Assembly (NCBI RefSeq): GCF_018977255.1
Contig: NW_024704742.1
Location: forward strand, 89,344,001-89,408,000
Length of the DNA stretch: 64,000 nucleotides
Reading direction: 5' to 3'
From: Callorhinchus milii
Lineage: Eukaryota
This document shows, in pieces, positions 50,020 through 62,700 of the stretch. Made by a program: the position numbers and the translations under genes. Every line of letters starts with the position of its first letter. The stretch's first letter is position 1. The notes below the pieces were generated by a model. It did no database searches and was not told the origin of the DNA. It worked only from the letters and a program-made list of their open reading frames with translations.

Positions 50020-50450
50020 GAGTAGGGAGGGTGGAGGAGGAGTGAGGGAGGTGACCAATGCATGGTCAAAGTGGTAGTTTTTCAGGGAAGCATTTAAAAG
50101 CAGGTGGAGAGGGGTTGAGTTGGAAAGATTTAGGGCCTGATTTTGCTGAGTGAAGGGAGCAAGCAGATTAGAAAGGCTGGAGCAGATCACAAAGGTAAGG
50201 AGGGATGAGAGAGGGTACAGATTGTAGATGACAGTGAGATTTGAGAAGCTGATCCTCTGGGAGACAGAGGAGCAAGGTGAGGATGAGGGTAATGAGTATG
50301 CAAAGCTCAGGGTATAAGCAGTCAACTTTCAGATGAGCTGGAGCTTGCGGATGTTAGAACTGGGGAGAGATGTGGAGGGATGAGTGAGTTTGGGAGGGTG
50401 AGAGAGCTGGGGAGATATGAGAGAACTGGGAAGAAATGAAAGCACTGGAG
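50020..50450 (-). mobile_element. L2 LINE fragment, heavily degraded
   Basis: Purine-rich stretch with GCATGGTCAAAGTGGTAGTTTTTCAGG (FDHA, LK..F on the minus strand). Confidence 0.7.
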
Positions 50451-51612
50451 AGGGAAGGGATATCTGGGGACGTCATAAGAGGAGACATACTTTTCCATTC
50501 TGTCTCAAGTACCATTACAAGCCTAATACTGTGCCAATACAGGAGGGCAACAATGTATTAGTATTAGTCAGCATTAGTCTACAAATTGGTTGTGATCACA
50601 GATGTACCAAAAGCAGTTAAAGCTCATATCACCCTTTTTGTGGCAATGTGGATCATTTAAGATAAGTGAAGGAGATAGGTCAGTACAGTGGGATAGATCA
50701 TGATCCTTTCATCCCTGAAATCTGGTTTGAATTATCCCAAATTACAAGGATAAACGTTTCCTGACTCAGATAACTGCAAGAATCCTAAGCAAAGGGGATT
50801 TGGGCATTTTCAACCCAGCTCCCAGTAAGCAGGTTCATAGCTCAAAACATCCTATAAATAGTTACCTTAAATTGGTTTAGTGTAATGAAGCCATTTGAAA
50901 TTTACATTATGTTCGTCTGCAAAATATACAGTCATGGCACTTTGCAGTAAGCCGCGGGTTTGATTTGAGACATTTTTATCAGTTTTGAGATATCCTCCTG
51001 ATGCCAAAGGTATTATATGAAATGCAAGGATTTTTTTTTAGCAGTTACTATTATTCTACCTGATCTGTGAGTGTCCAGCATTGACATTGGGTACAAAATT
51101 TCCCATTCCCCATTAGACGGTATTACTCACATGGTGAGTGTGAATTCCACCACCTCTCCTCCACTCTATATTTTTTAAAACTGTACAAAATGGCCCTTCT
51201 TCCTTGCAACTACAATTGTCTTTTGCTCTCTACTGTGGAGAACTTTGTGGAGTAAATGAGAGTGCTTTTTTTTAACAGATATGATTGCAGGAAAGATTAA
51301 GAATGCTATATTTTACCCATTTGAAAAATCGGGCATCTAAACAGGAGACTCTTGTCTCCCCCCCACCCCAATCCTAAGTAATATTCAACATTCTGTATCA
51401 TAGAAGCAAGTAGCACCAGCCACAGTTTTTACCAGCCCAGTAATATCAGCTCCTTGCGACATCCTCCCAATATGAAAGGCACTTTACAAATGTAATTCTG
51501 TTGTTGTTGTAATATCCACAGGACAAGGTAAGGATGAGGATCCTGGCACATGAAGGGCAATCAGAGGAGTAAAGTGCAGATAAGTTGAAAGTTGTATGGC
51601 AGAAACCTCTGA

Positions 51613-51825
51613 ATAATAATAATCCTTGCATTTGACATAGTGCCTTATCACATCATTGAAATGTCTCCAAGCGCTTCACAGAATATACTTCGCCCACAAA
51701 TAAACAGTCAATTCACTTTACAGCACATTCTGTGAAGTGCTTTGAGACGTCTAGAAGATGTGAAAAGCGCTATATCAAATGCAAGGATTATTATTATTAT
51801 TATATTATAAAGTGGATTGACTGTG
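51613..51825. mobile_element. Two opposed SINE tails (plus copy ~51690-51803 inside a minus copy) forming an inverted repeat
   Basis: The minus tail ...CACAGAATATAC is interrupted and resumes as TATAAAGTGGATTGACTGT after the plus copy's (ATT)n. Confidence 0.85.
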
Positions 51826-52309
51826 TCAAACCCATTCTACACCCAGAACGTAAAGACAGAGAAGATCAAGATTACAAATAACCCTCAGATTCTTGGGGTG
51901 AAGACCAAGAGTTTCCAGCTTTGAACACGGTGTACGAGATGCAATGCAGCAATCACTGATTTTGCAAGCCACGCTTGCAAAATCAATTCCAATGCAGTCT
52001 CCTTTCCTCTTGCTCTTCCAGACAAATTACATTTACCAGGACTGTCACTCTGATCCTGTGCTTAACACTATGCCTCTGCAATCTCAGGGAAGGCTCCAAA
52101 CATATGATTGCTCTCAAAAGGCACAATCCCCATTTGGTCTTAAAAAATACAGTGTTTGCACTATGTGGTATGTTTGTATGTGGTATGTATGTGATATACT
52201 TGTACTTGTACTTGTACAGGCAGTCCCTTTAAGTAATAGTTTGGCACTGAATTTGTTAACAAGGATTTTTTAAAAGTCGTGGAAATCGAGAGTTAATCTT
52301 TACTTTTTA

Positions 52310-52800
52310 TAATAATCCTTACATTTGACTTAGAGCTTATGACACCAAAATGTCTCAAAGCACTTCATAGATACATGTGGTTAACTGTAGTGTTTGTCTA
52401 TTTGGAAGCAAAGAAGGCAGCTAATTTGTACACATTAAGTCTAACAAATAACTATATTAAAATGAATGACCAATTTTTGTGGAGGATTCCAGCCAGAACA
52501 TGAGGAGAAACTCCCTTCTCTATTCAAATGATGTCTTAGAATCTTGAATGTCCACCTGAACAGACAGACAGGACATTAATTTAGTGTCTCATCCAAAGTA
52601 TGGTACCTTTTGACAATGCAGAATTCCTTCAGCACTCCAACAACAACAAGTTGGATTTATATAGCGCCCTTCACGTGGGGTAGGGTTCTGGAGTCCTTGG
52701 AGTGTCAGCCTAGACTATGAGGTCAAAGCCCTGACATAAGCTTAAACCCACAAACGTTTGACCCAGAGGCAAGAGTACTGCCAACTGACTTAAATTGACA
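52310..52800 (-). mobile_element. Deu-domain SINE with an L2-tail insertion (~52638-52697)
   Basis: TGTCCACCTGAACAGACAGACAGGAC...GTCTCATCC...; inserted CAACAACAACAAGTTGGATTTATATAGCGCCCTTCACGTGGG. Confidence 0.82.
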
Positions 52801-53679
52801 CTCTTGATTTTTTTTCCTTCAGTTTATGCACAAAATCAACACGGGCTACCTTCACCACCAATCTGACTAATTCAACCTACTGCATTGAAAAGTCTATTGT
52901 GCAAAGCTGTACTTAGGACCTGTTGAGGACAGAACTGTAGAAATTCCTGCATTAAACCCCAATTTGTAAGATCTTATTGGGCTTACTTCCATTAGCATTT
53001 AGGACTTCAAAAAGACTAACTTTCAATAGATAGGTATTTCTGCCAATCTTCCCCTCTGGAACTTCCTGCCTCTATATTTCCATCTCACCCTCTTTATCTT
53101 TCAATTCCACATGAAAACCTACCTCTTTAACCATGCTGTGGTCAACTATCTTCTTCCCCCTTTTCCTTTGCTCAGCCTTCAGCCCCCCCCATTCTGAACT
53201 TTATCCCACGTGAAGGCTGTTATATAATTGCAAATTACTGTTGTTGTTGTGATTTTACTTATTGGCTGTCTCCCTCCTTTCACCACAATAGTAGTTTTCA
53301 ACTGTTGGATACCGGAAAGAAGAAAAGACATGCACAGCTGGTCCTATGAGCTGGAACAGAATCATTACCCAGAAAATATGTAGTCATTAATACCACAAAT
53401 GCTAATAATGCCATATAAAAAATAATTCACACAATGGATAGGTTTCATTTATGAGGCTCCAGAATACCATATAAACCTAAATAGAACAGAGAATTACGAT
53501 CAATCATTTGAATACTCCTATGCGATTAATTCGTTAATGAATCACTGGAGTTTGTTTAGTGCTGTTGTTGTTGGATTTATTGTCAGTTTTCTCTATGGAT
53601 GGTTCTTGATATTAACCACATATTTCTCAATGTAATCCTTTTGGATCAGGAGTCTAATCATTCCTGCCCTTTCTGCTAA

Positions 53680-54125
53680 ATCATTTGATATAGCACTCTT
53701 CATGTCAGGAGGGTATCTCAAAATGCTTCTTAGGATTTATTGTAAAGTGTAGTGACTTATTTGTAGGTGTACATAGCAGCCAATTTCCACAGAGCAATCT
53801 CCCACAAACAGGCATGAAGAGAATAAACAATTTTGTCTGAGGGATTGGTGATCAGAACACCGGGACAAACTCCTTTACGTTTTGAGTTGTGGCATGGGAT
53901 CTTTAATAACCATCTGAACAGGCAGACAGGACCTTGGTTGAACATGCAAAATACAATACAATACAAAATTAAATTTTTATTGCGCCTTTCACATTGGGAG
54001 GATGACCCAAGTTGCTGGGACGCATATGTCACCGCATATTTGAGATGAACATTGTATCAGAAGGACACTGCCTCCAACAAAGCAGCAAAGCCCCAGCATT
54101 GGAGTGTTACCCTATAATGTGCTAG
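53680..54125 (-). mobile_element. Deu-domain SINE with an L2-tail insertion (~53950-54020)
   Basis: GGCATGGGATCTTTAA...CTGAACAGGCAGACAGGACCTTGG; inserted GCGCCTTTCACATTGGGAGGATGACCCAAG. Confidence 0.8.
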
Positions 54126-55059
54126 GGCGTGAAGGGATATATAGGTGAATTGGAACTGTAGGGATAACAAATGGTCCAATATCAGCAGAGATTAAAATCT
54201 AAGTGTAAAACTTGAATCACTCAACTCACAAAGATTCTACCTTCCATTCGCATAAAATACTTACCTAGACACTCTGATAACATTGATGTTATGTGGGAAT
54301 CAATTTAGTGTTTAGCAGTGGAAAGACTGTTGAATTTGTTAATTGTTTATCATAGAAAAATTGATGAGAAAAAAAGAGTTGTCAGCTTATTGGAACAGAA
54401 TGTCAGTCTGAAAGTGTACCAGGGATATCTGTCTGTGGAATAGATGGCATTGTTTGCTGATTAAACATTACTGTGTTCAGTACAAGTGTTTGTTTCAGCA
54501 CTTTTGGACAGTTTGTTTGTGTTGTGGATTTCTTTTAAATGTATTCCACTTTCCTCTGTGCAGCCTATTTCAGGTCATTCATGCAATCTCTTTGTAGAAA
54601 TATGCTCTGTTGTGCACATCGCCAAAATACATAGTCACTACACTTTACACTTTTATTAAAAAACACTCTACAACATCCTTCCAACATGAAAGGCACTATA
54701 TCAATTGTGTTTACTTATTCATTTGTATACTCTGCTATCTGTAAAAAAAACATGGACAATGTCTGTTATCACGCTTCTCTGGTTGATACGAAAATATTTG
54801 GTTTCAAAGAAAGATCTCCCTAACAAAAATAAACGGTTCTTCCACTGTAAAATGTGATAATTTATGCATTTTCTGCTTTTCTGTCATCTCTGTATTTCCC
54901 TTTGCTGTGACCAGCATATGATTTAGAAGTTCCATCATAGGAAGACCAGGCCAGCTCATACACAGACCTATCCATTCTAATCCCATTCTTATGCTCTTTC
55001 CCCAATCCTGCCTATCCATTATGTCACCGAGGCCCCCAAGATCCTCAACCCAGCAATCA

Positions 55060-55627
55060 TCACATCCAGGCTCAACTATTCTAACTTCCTGCTTCTTCCC
55101 CCTTTTCCCAACTCTTCCCTCCACAAGCTGCAGATAAACAAAAATCATTCAGAACTCCGCAGCTCGTGTTCTCTCCCATACCGGGCTCCATGATCCTATC
55201 ACCCACATTCTCGTCCTTCTCCACTGGCTCCCCATTCCCCCAGAGGATAGGGTTCAAAATCCTTGTCCTAGCCTCCACGGCCTTGCTCTGTGACCTGCTA
55301 ACTCTTTATAGACCTGTCTGCTACCTCTGCTCCATATCCCTCGCCTGGCCCGCCCCACTATCGGCAGTCAAGCCTTCAGCCTTTCTGACCCTACCTTTTG
55401 GAACTCAATCCCAGACCCTTTGCCTCGCTCCCTCTCTTGACTCCTTCAAGGCCCATCTCAAGAACCTTCTCTTCAACCGTGCTTTCGGTCACCCTGCTAT
55501 TCCTACTCTCCCTGTCCTCCACCCTTTCTGATCCAAACCCCAGCTCAGGTTCAAATCCCTGACTGTCCAATGCCTATGGACATCCTCCCGACGTGAAATT
55601 ACAACAAATGTAATTTATTGTTGTTGT
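55060..55627 (+). mobile_element. L2 LINE 3' fragment
   Basis: CCAGGCTCAACTAT, CAGAACTCCGCAGCTCG, CTCCACTGGCTCCCC, RIGFKILVL; L2 3' UTR and (TTG)n. Confidence 0.92.
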
Positions 55628-57584
55628 CAATTCAGAAACTACCAAGAAGTATGCTCCCATTCAATTAGATAGTTAAACTTCCCGCCAGTGATCAAATATA
55701 TTAGAATTTCTGATCACATAAGTGTACTGCCACAAAATCATCTAAAGTGACCTCAAATTTGGTTTAACATTGAACATCATTATCATTTGTGGTTAAAAAT
55801 TCTCAGACAAAGATTGTGCACTATCAACTCTTGTGTCATCACTTTGTACACTATATTGTGTAAATGGTTGCATATTATGGGCCATGTGTAATCCATCTGC
55901 AAACACAAGTGGCTTTTTTAATTCTTTCATTGGAATAATTGGTTAATTTTATGACATCTTTAATTGCTTCTATAAATAGTTTTTATATGATCTACACATG
56001 ATGCATAATATATACAATTGTCATTTTGGGAGCTGGTAAGTATATGATCAAGAATCATCAGGTTCAATGAAGGGTGACAATGTCCCAGGGACACATAATG
56101 CTGGTGAATCCATGGACTGTGCATCAGATTGGTAGCATATATATGGGTTTTCTCTTGTGATTCATCAACTGATATATTCTCCATGTGTAGTATATTGTCT
56201 AGGACACATAGAGGGAGAATTTGTAAGAGACTCACCCCCACAGTTCCCATACTCATCCCAGTCACCAACTCAGTAGTGGCATTGGAAGATGCTTAACAAG
56301 TTCATTATGGTCATCCCCACACACACTAACATCTTCTATCTTGCTCAGGATGCAACCCTGCAATTATGAAACACTCCAAGACATTATCCTATGTGAAGGC
56401 GCTATATAAATGCAAATTATTGTTCTTGACTGCCTGCTCCATTTTCATGGGAATCAAAAACTATAGAAAGCTAAGCTATCTTCTACAACTGGGAGAAGAA
56501 TGCTGTGTTCCTTAAGGTGAAAGTGGAACCTAGTTTGCACCTAGTTTCATTATATTGAGTTCTGAGTTCAACTACAACATAGGTTAGAAACACAGCAAAG
56601 TTCCATCTGCACTACTCAACACAATTCATCTTAACCTCAGCCTCAGACAAGCATCCACATAAGCTTTTTATTGTTGACTTCCTTCCATTGAGCATCGAGT
56701 TGAGATTGCCTACATCAATTTAATTTATGACCCAAACAGCCATCAAAGAATTACAAGTACCTAGCCTGCATATGCACCATAAAGTGTCAAAATATTTGCA
56801 AGCACATTGTGCTAACTGAAACATCTCCCAAATGTCTCTGTGTGTATAGTAATTGTATAAATATCCTAAATAAGAGGATTCAAAAAAATTATTTTATTAT
56901 AAGATATACAATAATTTGTCTGTTGCAATTTTTTTTCAAAAAATTATTCTGATAGAGATATCTGACATTTTTGGGCAACTCTTTCCAACAGAAAACACAT
57001 TACATAATGAAATTTACCCAACACGTAACAACAGCAAATTACATTTATATAGCGCCTTTCGCATTGTAAGGACGTCCCAAGGCACTGGAATTTGGATTAT
57101 GAATTAGTGTATGAATATAGCTCCAAGACACTATCCTGTGTGAAGGTCAGTCTATAAATGCAAGTTGTTGTTCTTGTTATCAAATATTATAATCCTTAAA
57201 ATATAGAGCCTTTCTTGTCTGAAGGATGTCTCAAAGCCCTTCACAGGATACATCGTGGAGTGGAGTGACTGTGCATTTTATGGGTGAATACAGCAGCATA
57301 TTTGAAGCATCTGTTCAAACAGCTAGTTTTCTTTTCACAGCTCCTTTATGTCTGAGAGTGAATGGGAAGGTCAAAAGCATACCAACATCGTGTAAAAATT
57401 AATTCGACAGGATTTATTTGCCTTTTCATCCTGAGCCAGTCAGAATGGTCACATTTCTATTCACGGGTTAATTATGAAATATACAATTAGTGTTTATTCA
57501 TCAATGTTGTTTTGACACAAATTTTGCAATGTATCTCTGTTTCAGGACAGCAATTTAATCTAACAGAAGTGTTGTGAAAATATA

Positions 57585-58005
57585 ACAACAACAGCAACAA
57601 CTTGCATTTATATAGTGCCTTTCACGCGGGGCAGAGTCTCAGAGAGCTTAAAGTTGCTGAGCTGGGGTGAGGTGACTTTTGCACAGTCGAAGAGGAAGGT
57701 CTTCAGTCGTAATCTAAAAAGAGGGGAATGAAGGAGAAAGATGGAGGGATTGGGGGAGAGAGGTCTGAAGCTTCAGGGCGTAGTAGCTGAAAGAACAATC
57801 ACTGATGGTGGTGCAGAAGGGACAAGGGACAAGCAGGAGGCTGGAGCCAGCCAAGCAGAAACAGTGGGTAGTGTTGAGGGGGTATGCAGGTCAGAAAGGT
57901 ATGGAGGTGCCAGCGCATGAAGCGATTTGTAGATGAGTTAGAGTTTCTTAAAATTGATCCATTCTATAATAGGGAGCCAGTAGAGCCTGGAGAGGCCTGG
58001 TGTGA
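57585..58005 (-). mobile_element. L2 LINE 3' fragment (second tail type)
   Basis: (CAA)n-CTTGCATTTATATAGTGCCTTTCACGCGGG; homologous to 11341-11560. Confidence 0.85.
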
Positions 58006-58419
58006 TGAGGGTATGGAGTTTAGTGTGGAGAAAAGTCCACCACTTTCTAAAGTAACTACAGCCAGTCTAAAACAAAGTTTTTAAACTACTGTATGGATAA
58101 CTCTTACGTTTTTTGTTGGTAAGTTTTTTTTGAAGAGTGAAGAAATGCTGTCTCCTTTCGAAAATATTAACCTTTTTATTGTATTCAATGAAAGGGGCTC
58201 TGCAATTCTCTGTATAAGTTCAGTTAGAGTCATAAAATGTTTACAGTGTAGGAAAGCATTAGGCCTATTTTCTAGGCTCTTTTGCAATATTCCTTTACAG
58301 AGCTTTATCATTTACCAAAGTAGAGAATGGCTAAGAGCAGGATGGGCTGCTGCCTCACACTGCTCTCAAGTAGGTAGTGTCCTGCCCTCGTCCACCCCTT
58401 CGTCATTTCCCGGCTGGAC

Positions 58420-58668
58420 TATTCCAATCCTCTCCATCAGTGGCCGTACTTTCAGCCTCTATGGCCCAAAATTTTGGAACTCTCTCCCTCAATCCTTCCA
58501 CCTTGCCCCTTCCCTCCCTACCTTCAAATCCCACCTAAAGACCTTCCATTTTGATCATGCTTACCCCCTTCCCTCTCCCCCTGGTTCTTTATCAGACTCC
58601 ACCACTGTAAAGTTCTCCAGGACGCTATCCCATGTGAAGGGCAATATATAAATGCAAATTGTTGTTGT
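58420..58668 (+). mobile_element. L2 LINE 3' end (second tail type)
   Basis: SGRTFSLYGPKFWNSLP...FKSHLKTFHF; GACGCTATCCCATGTGAAGGGC...(TTG)n. Confidence 0.88.
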
Positions 58669-59123
58669 TTTTATTGTGGTGTCCAGCTGGTATTTATGGT
58701 ATAATTTATGGTATAGATCAATTAGGACAAAATAGTTGCCACTAACATGCATTTTAAAGCTTGGTATTTGCAGTGTAACTGTGGCAAAACAAAAATGGCT
58801 AAGGGCATTGACAAATACATACCACTGCAAAGTAATTTTAATCGGCTCCAAGATGACAGTCTTGGCAGTGGAATGTTGGAATCAGATCAATCCTCTGTGG
58901 CGGTCTCGGTAGTTCAGTACCTGAGCCGGTGAATCCACAATACTCTAAGCACTAATGATAATAGACCAGCCAGCCTGGCTTGTCAGGATGGTGACTTTCA
59001 GTGCTTTGGAACGTCCTCTCGACGTGAAAGGCACTCTATAAATGTAATTTTGTTGTTGTTGTTGGAGGCAGGGATTCTTCCCACTCAGCTGCCGTTGGGT
59101 TGGATGGTCCTAGCTGGACAAGC

Positions 59124-59453
59124 AATAATAATAATAATAATAATCCTTGTATTTGATATAGCGCTTTTCACGTCGGGAGGACGTCCCAAAGCGCTTCACA
59201 GAACACACTGTAAAGTGAATTGACTGTATATTTGTGGGCAAACGCGGCAGCCAATTGCACACAGCAACGTCCCACAAACAGTCGTAGATTGAAAATGACC
59301 AATTTATTATTGTTTTTGGTTTTGGAGGGATTATTATTAGGGCTGTGTGTGGAGTAAGGAAACTGGCCCAAGGTTTCGCCCTCTGCCTGGAATTGAACTC
59401 AGGTCTCTCGCTTGCAAAGCGAGTGCTCTAACCACTGAGCTACAGGACTCCAC
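59124..59453 (-). mobile_element. tRNA-Ala SINE, full length, young short subfamily
   Basis: Long intact (TAA)n tail and complete head with TGC anticodon loop. Confidence 0.93.
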
Positions 59454-59749
59454 AATGGGAAGCTTGCTATTCTGTATTCTCAATGGCAAGCTGAGCAGTA
59501 TTTGCTGGTTCATTTTAAAACGTAAAATAAATATTGCATTTTATTTTGCATTTTACAGTATAATCCTGTGCCGTATGTGTGTATATAAAAATAATGATCC
59601 TTGCATTTGATATAGCACCTTACCACATCGTCAGGACGTCTCAAAGTGGATTCACTGTGTATTTCATGGGTGAACGCAACAGCAAATTTGTGCACAGCAA
59701 TGTCCCACAAATTGTATTTGGTCACTGGTTCCATAGTCATATACATATA

Positions 59750-62700
59750 TATACCATAGATATACAGTTCCCCATATTCGTCTTTGCACAGTAAATACTG
59801 CTTTAGCTTGTAATTGAATGTCATGAGTCTATGTAAAAACAAAATTGATCATAGCTGGATTTTTTAATATATCTTTGGATACAATAATTTTTAACACAAA
59901 GCATATATTAATTTACGGTATGAGTTCAATAACTTGATTTAACTGCTCTTCAAAGCATTTTTAAGATGAATCAAAAATGATGACTGGCTGTATAGTCAAT
60001 TAATGCAAAGGCTATATCTTGCACCCGTTAGTTTTATTCCCAGAAACATTACTTAAAAATGAAAATATTTAAATAGTTTTATTGGGTCAATGGATTTCAT
60101 CCAAGGTGTCCTCGCAAACAATAAAAAATAGCTTGTAAATCATTTTTATTGTACTTTAACAGAGAAATGAGTAAGTCAGTCTACAATTCAACTGTGCCCT
60201 CTTTTGTTGTCATGAAACTCTCCCTCTAATCTTCTGCTGCTGTGAAGAGGTGGCAAGAAGGATGTGGAAATCCTTGATTTCTTATTTTATCTGTGCACAG
60301 CTAAATCGATCCTCAGCGCCTCCGCACCTGCTCCCCTCGCTTCCTACACAAATAATGGTGCCATCCAACGTCCTTCTAGTCAGAGCATTTAAACCAACCT
60401 ATTACAAAAGCAAAATGAATCTGCTGCTGCCGTATGCCATTCTCCTTCTGAGAGGGGGGGAAAAAAAAGGGCTAATAAATTCCCCAACATGGCACATTTA
60501 TGCACTTTTCCCAGATGCAACCAACAGTTTTAGCCACTCACTTACTGGATCTGGACTTCCCCAAGGACCCGCTGAATGGATCAATATCTCCAAATACAGG
60601 TCGTCAAAATGGCTACATCTGATTTCCATGAACTTGTATAATTTACGAAGATAGTCACTCTGCTGGTGGAGGTAATATGATATTTGTACTGAGCGTTTCA
60701 CTGGGGATCATTTAGCCACTTTAGGAAGGAAAGTGATTACAGTAGAGCTATGAGCAGATTAGCATCAGGCAAAGCAAACACAGTGCTGTACAGTCCACAC
60801 TTTCTTTTAAATAGGCTTTCTTTTGGTTTTTGTTAGGAATCGCAAACATACTGCAGAGCGATGTTAAACGGTGCTGCCAGGGTACCTCATTCAAACATAG
60901 CTTCGCACGATTTCAGATAGACGCTTAAAACGTTCAGCTCATTTGTCTCTGCCTTGAGCTAAAAGTTGACTTTGTTTTAATGCAGAAGTTGCCTACATTG
61001 ATTTACCAGCAATAAAGATATCTGGTAATAAAGGCGAAAACACCCAAACGGTGACTACCATTTAATGGGCATCAGATGGTGACAAGATGCAATTTGCAAA
61101 ACACCGCAGTCGCTTGGTTACCGCTTGAATGAAGGTTTTGGTCGCGAAAAGTGAGTGATATTAATTGAAATGTGTCTCGTGTGAACTCCAATTCGATTGC
61201 GAAGGAAAAGTAAACGCGGTGTTTGGTTGCATAATATGAATGAACGGCACTTGCAGCGTAGAACTTCAGTAAACATGTTAAGAGTTTTACTGAATTTTGT
61301 GCTTTTGTATTATTCCAGATCTTGGGTCTGGTCTTTTGCAACTGATGTCCTGATCCTCTGCACTACAATTACCCCAATAGTTCATATTGGACACTGTGGT
61401 ACGTTTATGCACATTTAAAGGATAGTTACAGCAATAGCGTAAGAACATATTTACTCCTAGTAAATTGTACACAAATAAAAGCAGTATTCTAATCTCTCTC
61501 TTGTTTAATTTAAGCCAACTCATACATTTCAGAGAGCTTTTTAGTCACTTTACTGACAGCTTAAGGTTGACCCATCACTATTGGAAACGTGCATTTTTTA
61601 AACATGTGTGTAATTGTACACTGTTCATCCGTAACGTTTTCATAAGTAGATGGTTTTAGGTTGGATCCTTGTCTCAACGCAGTTTTCCCATTTTACTTGT
61701 TGTGATTCGTACCTTCTACATCAGCTGTTGACAGGCCAACAATATTTCGCTGTCACTAGTCTCCTGTACATTGAAAAAGCATGTGAACCAGGGATCCAGA
61801 CTAACCTGTTGTCCTAATGGACAACACAGCAACACAACACAGTAACTTGTTTGCTAATAGACAAACCATCGTGGAGTGTACAAATACTGCACTTATACCA
61901 AATAATTAGAGAGAAAAAAAGTTACAGGTTTGAATTACAGAAATTAAATATAAATAATCTGCTGGATTAACGCGAACCGAATTCATTGGGTTAAATTAAA
62001 CTTTTTTTAAAAAAAACACACAATCCTATCGAGACGTATCTAGACGGAGTTAGATGGATGTATTTGGGACGTTTCCTTCGATCCTACGTTATTATTGCAA
62101 CAACCAAACAATTCAAAAATGCGATTTCTGGTGATGTGCATTTGTCTGAACGTGTGGGTGTGTGTGGAGCAGTGAGAGAGTGTGAGTGTGTGCACAGGGA
62201 TGGGCCGAATTGCACACGTACACACTTGAATCCTCTTACAAAGTTATAATGGCACCGACCACCATGCAATGGTAACATTAAACTACAAAGTATGGATTAC
62301 GTCTTCTTTTTTTTTGCAAAGCCTAAAATAGACGTGCAATCTTTGATGTCTTATTTTCCTGCCCTTGTGCGGGAAACCCAATACATTAAGGTTGAATGGT
62401 TTCGAATACAGTACAATCCGCATCTTCAACGCTAATATTCCCTTTGTTAATCATTCCTCATTATTGTTAAATGTCGTTTTACATACTCCAGATATTTTAC
62501 AATATCAGTATGTTTAAATGTGTTCCGAAATACATTATTGTGTTAGCTTGAAAATACGTATTTTTCTCTCTATGTATTTATATATATATATATTCTCAGA
62601 CAATTACTAAATGCTGTGTTCAGTATTAACCTAGCAACATCATATCCAGCTAAAATACTCAAATATAAAATCTTCAAATGATGCACTTTCGGGAATAAAG

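Noticed and set aside
54494..54512. REST/NRSE site TTCAGCACTTTTGGACAG
   Set aside because: The half-site spacing is one base longer than canonical and the CACC core is broken.
60250..60654. 134-aa plus-strand ORF
   Set aside because: GTG start, runs through G/A homopolymers, and has no domain similarity that I can recognise.
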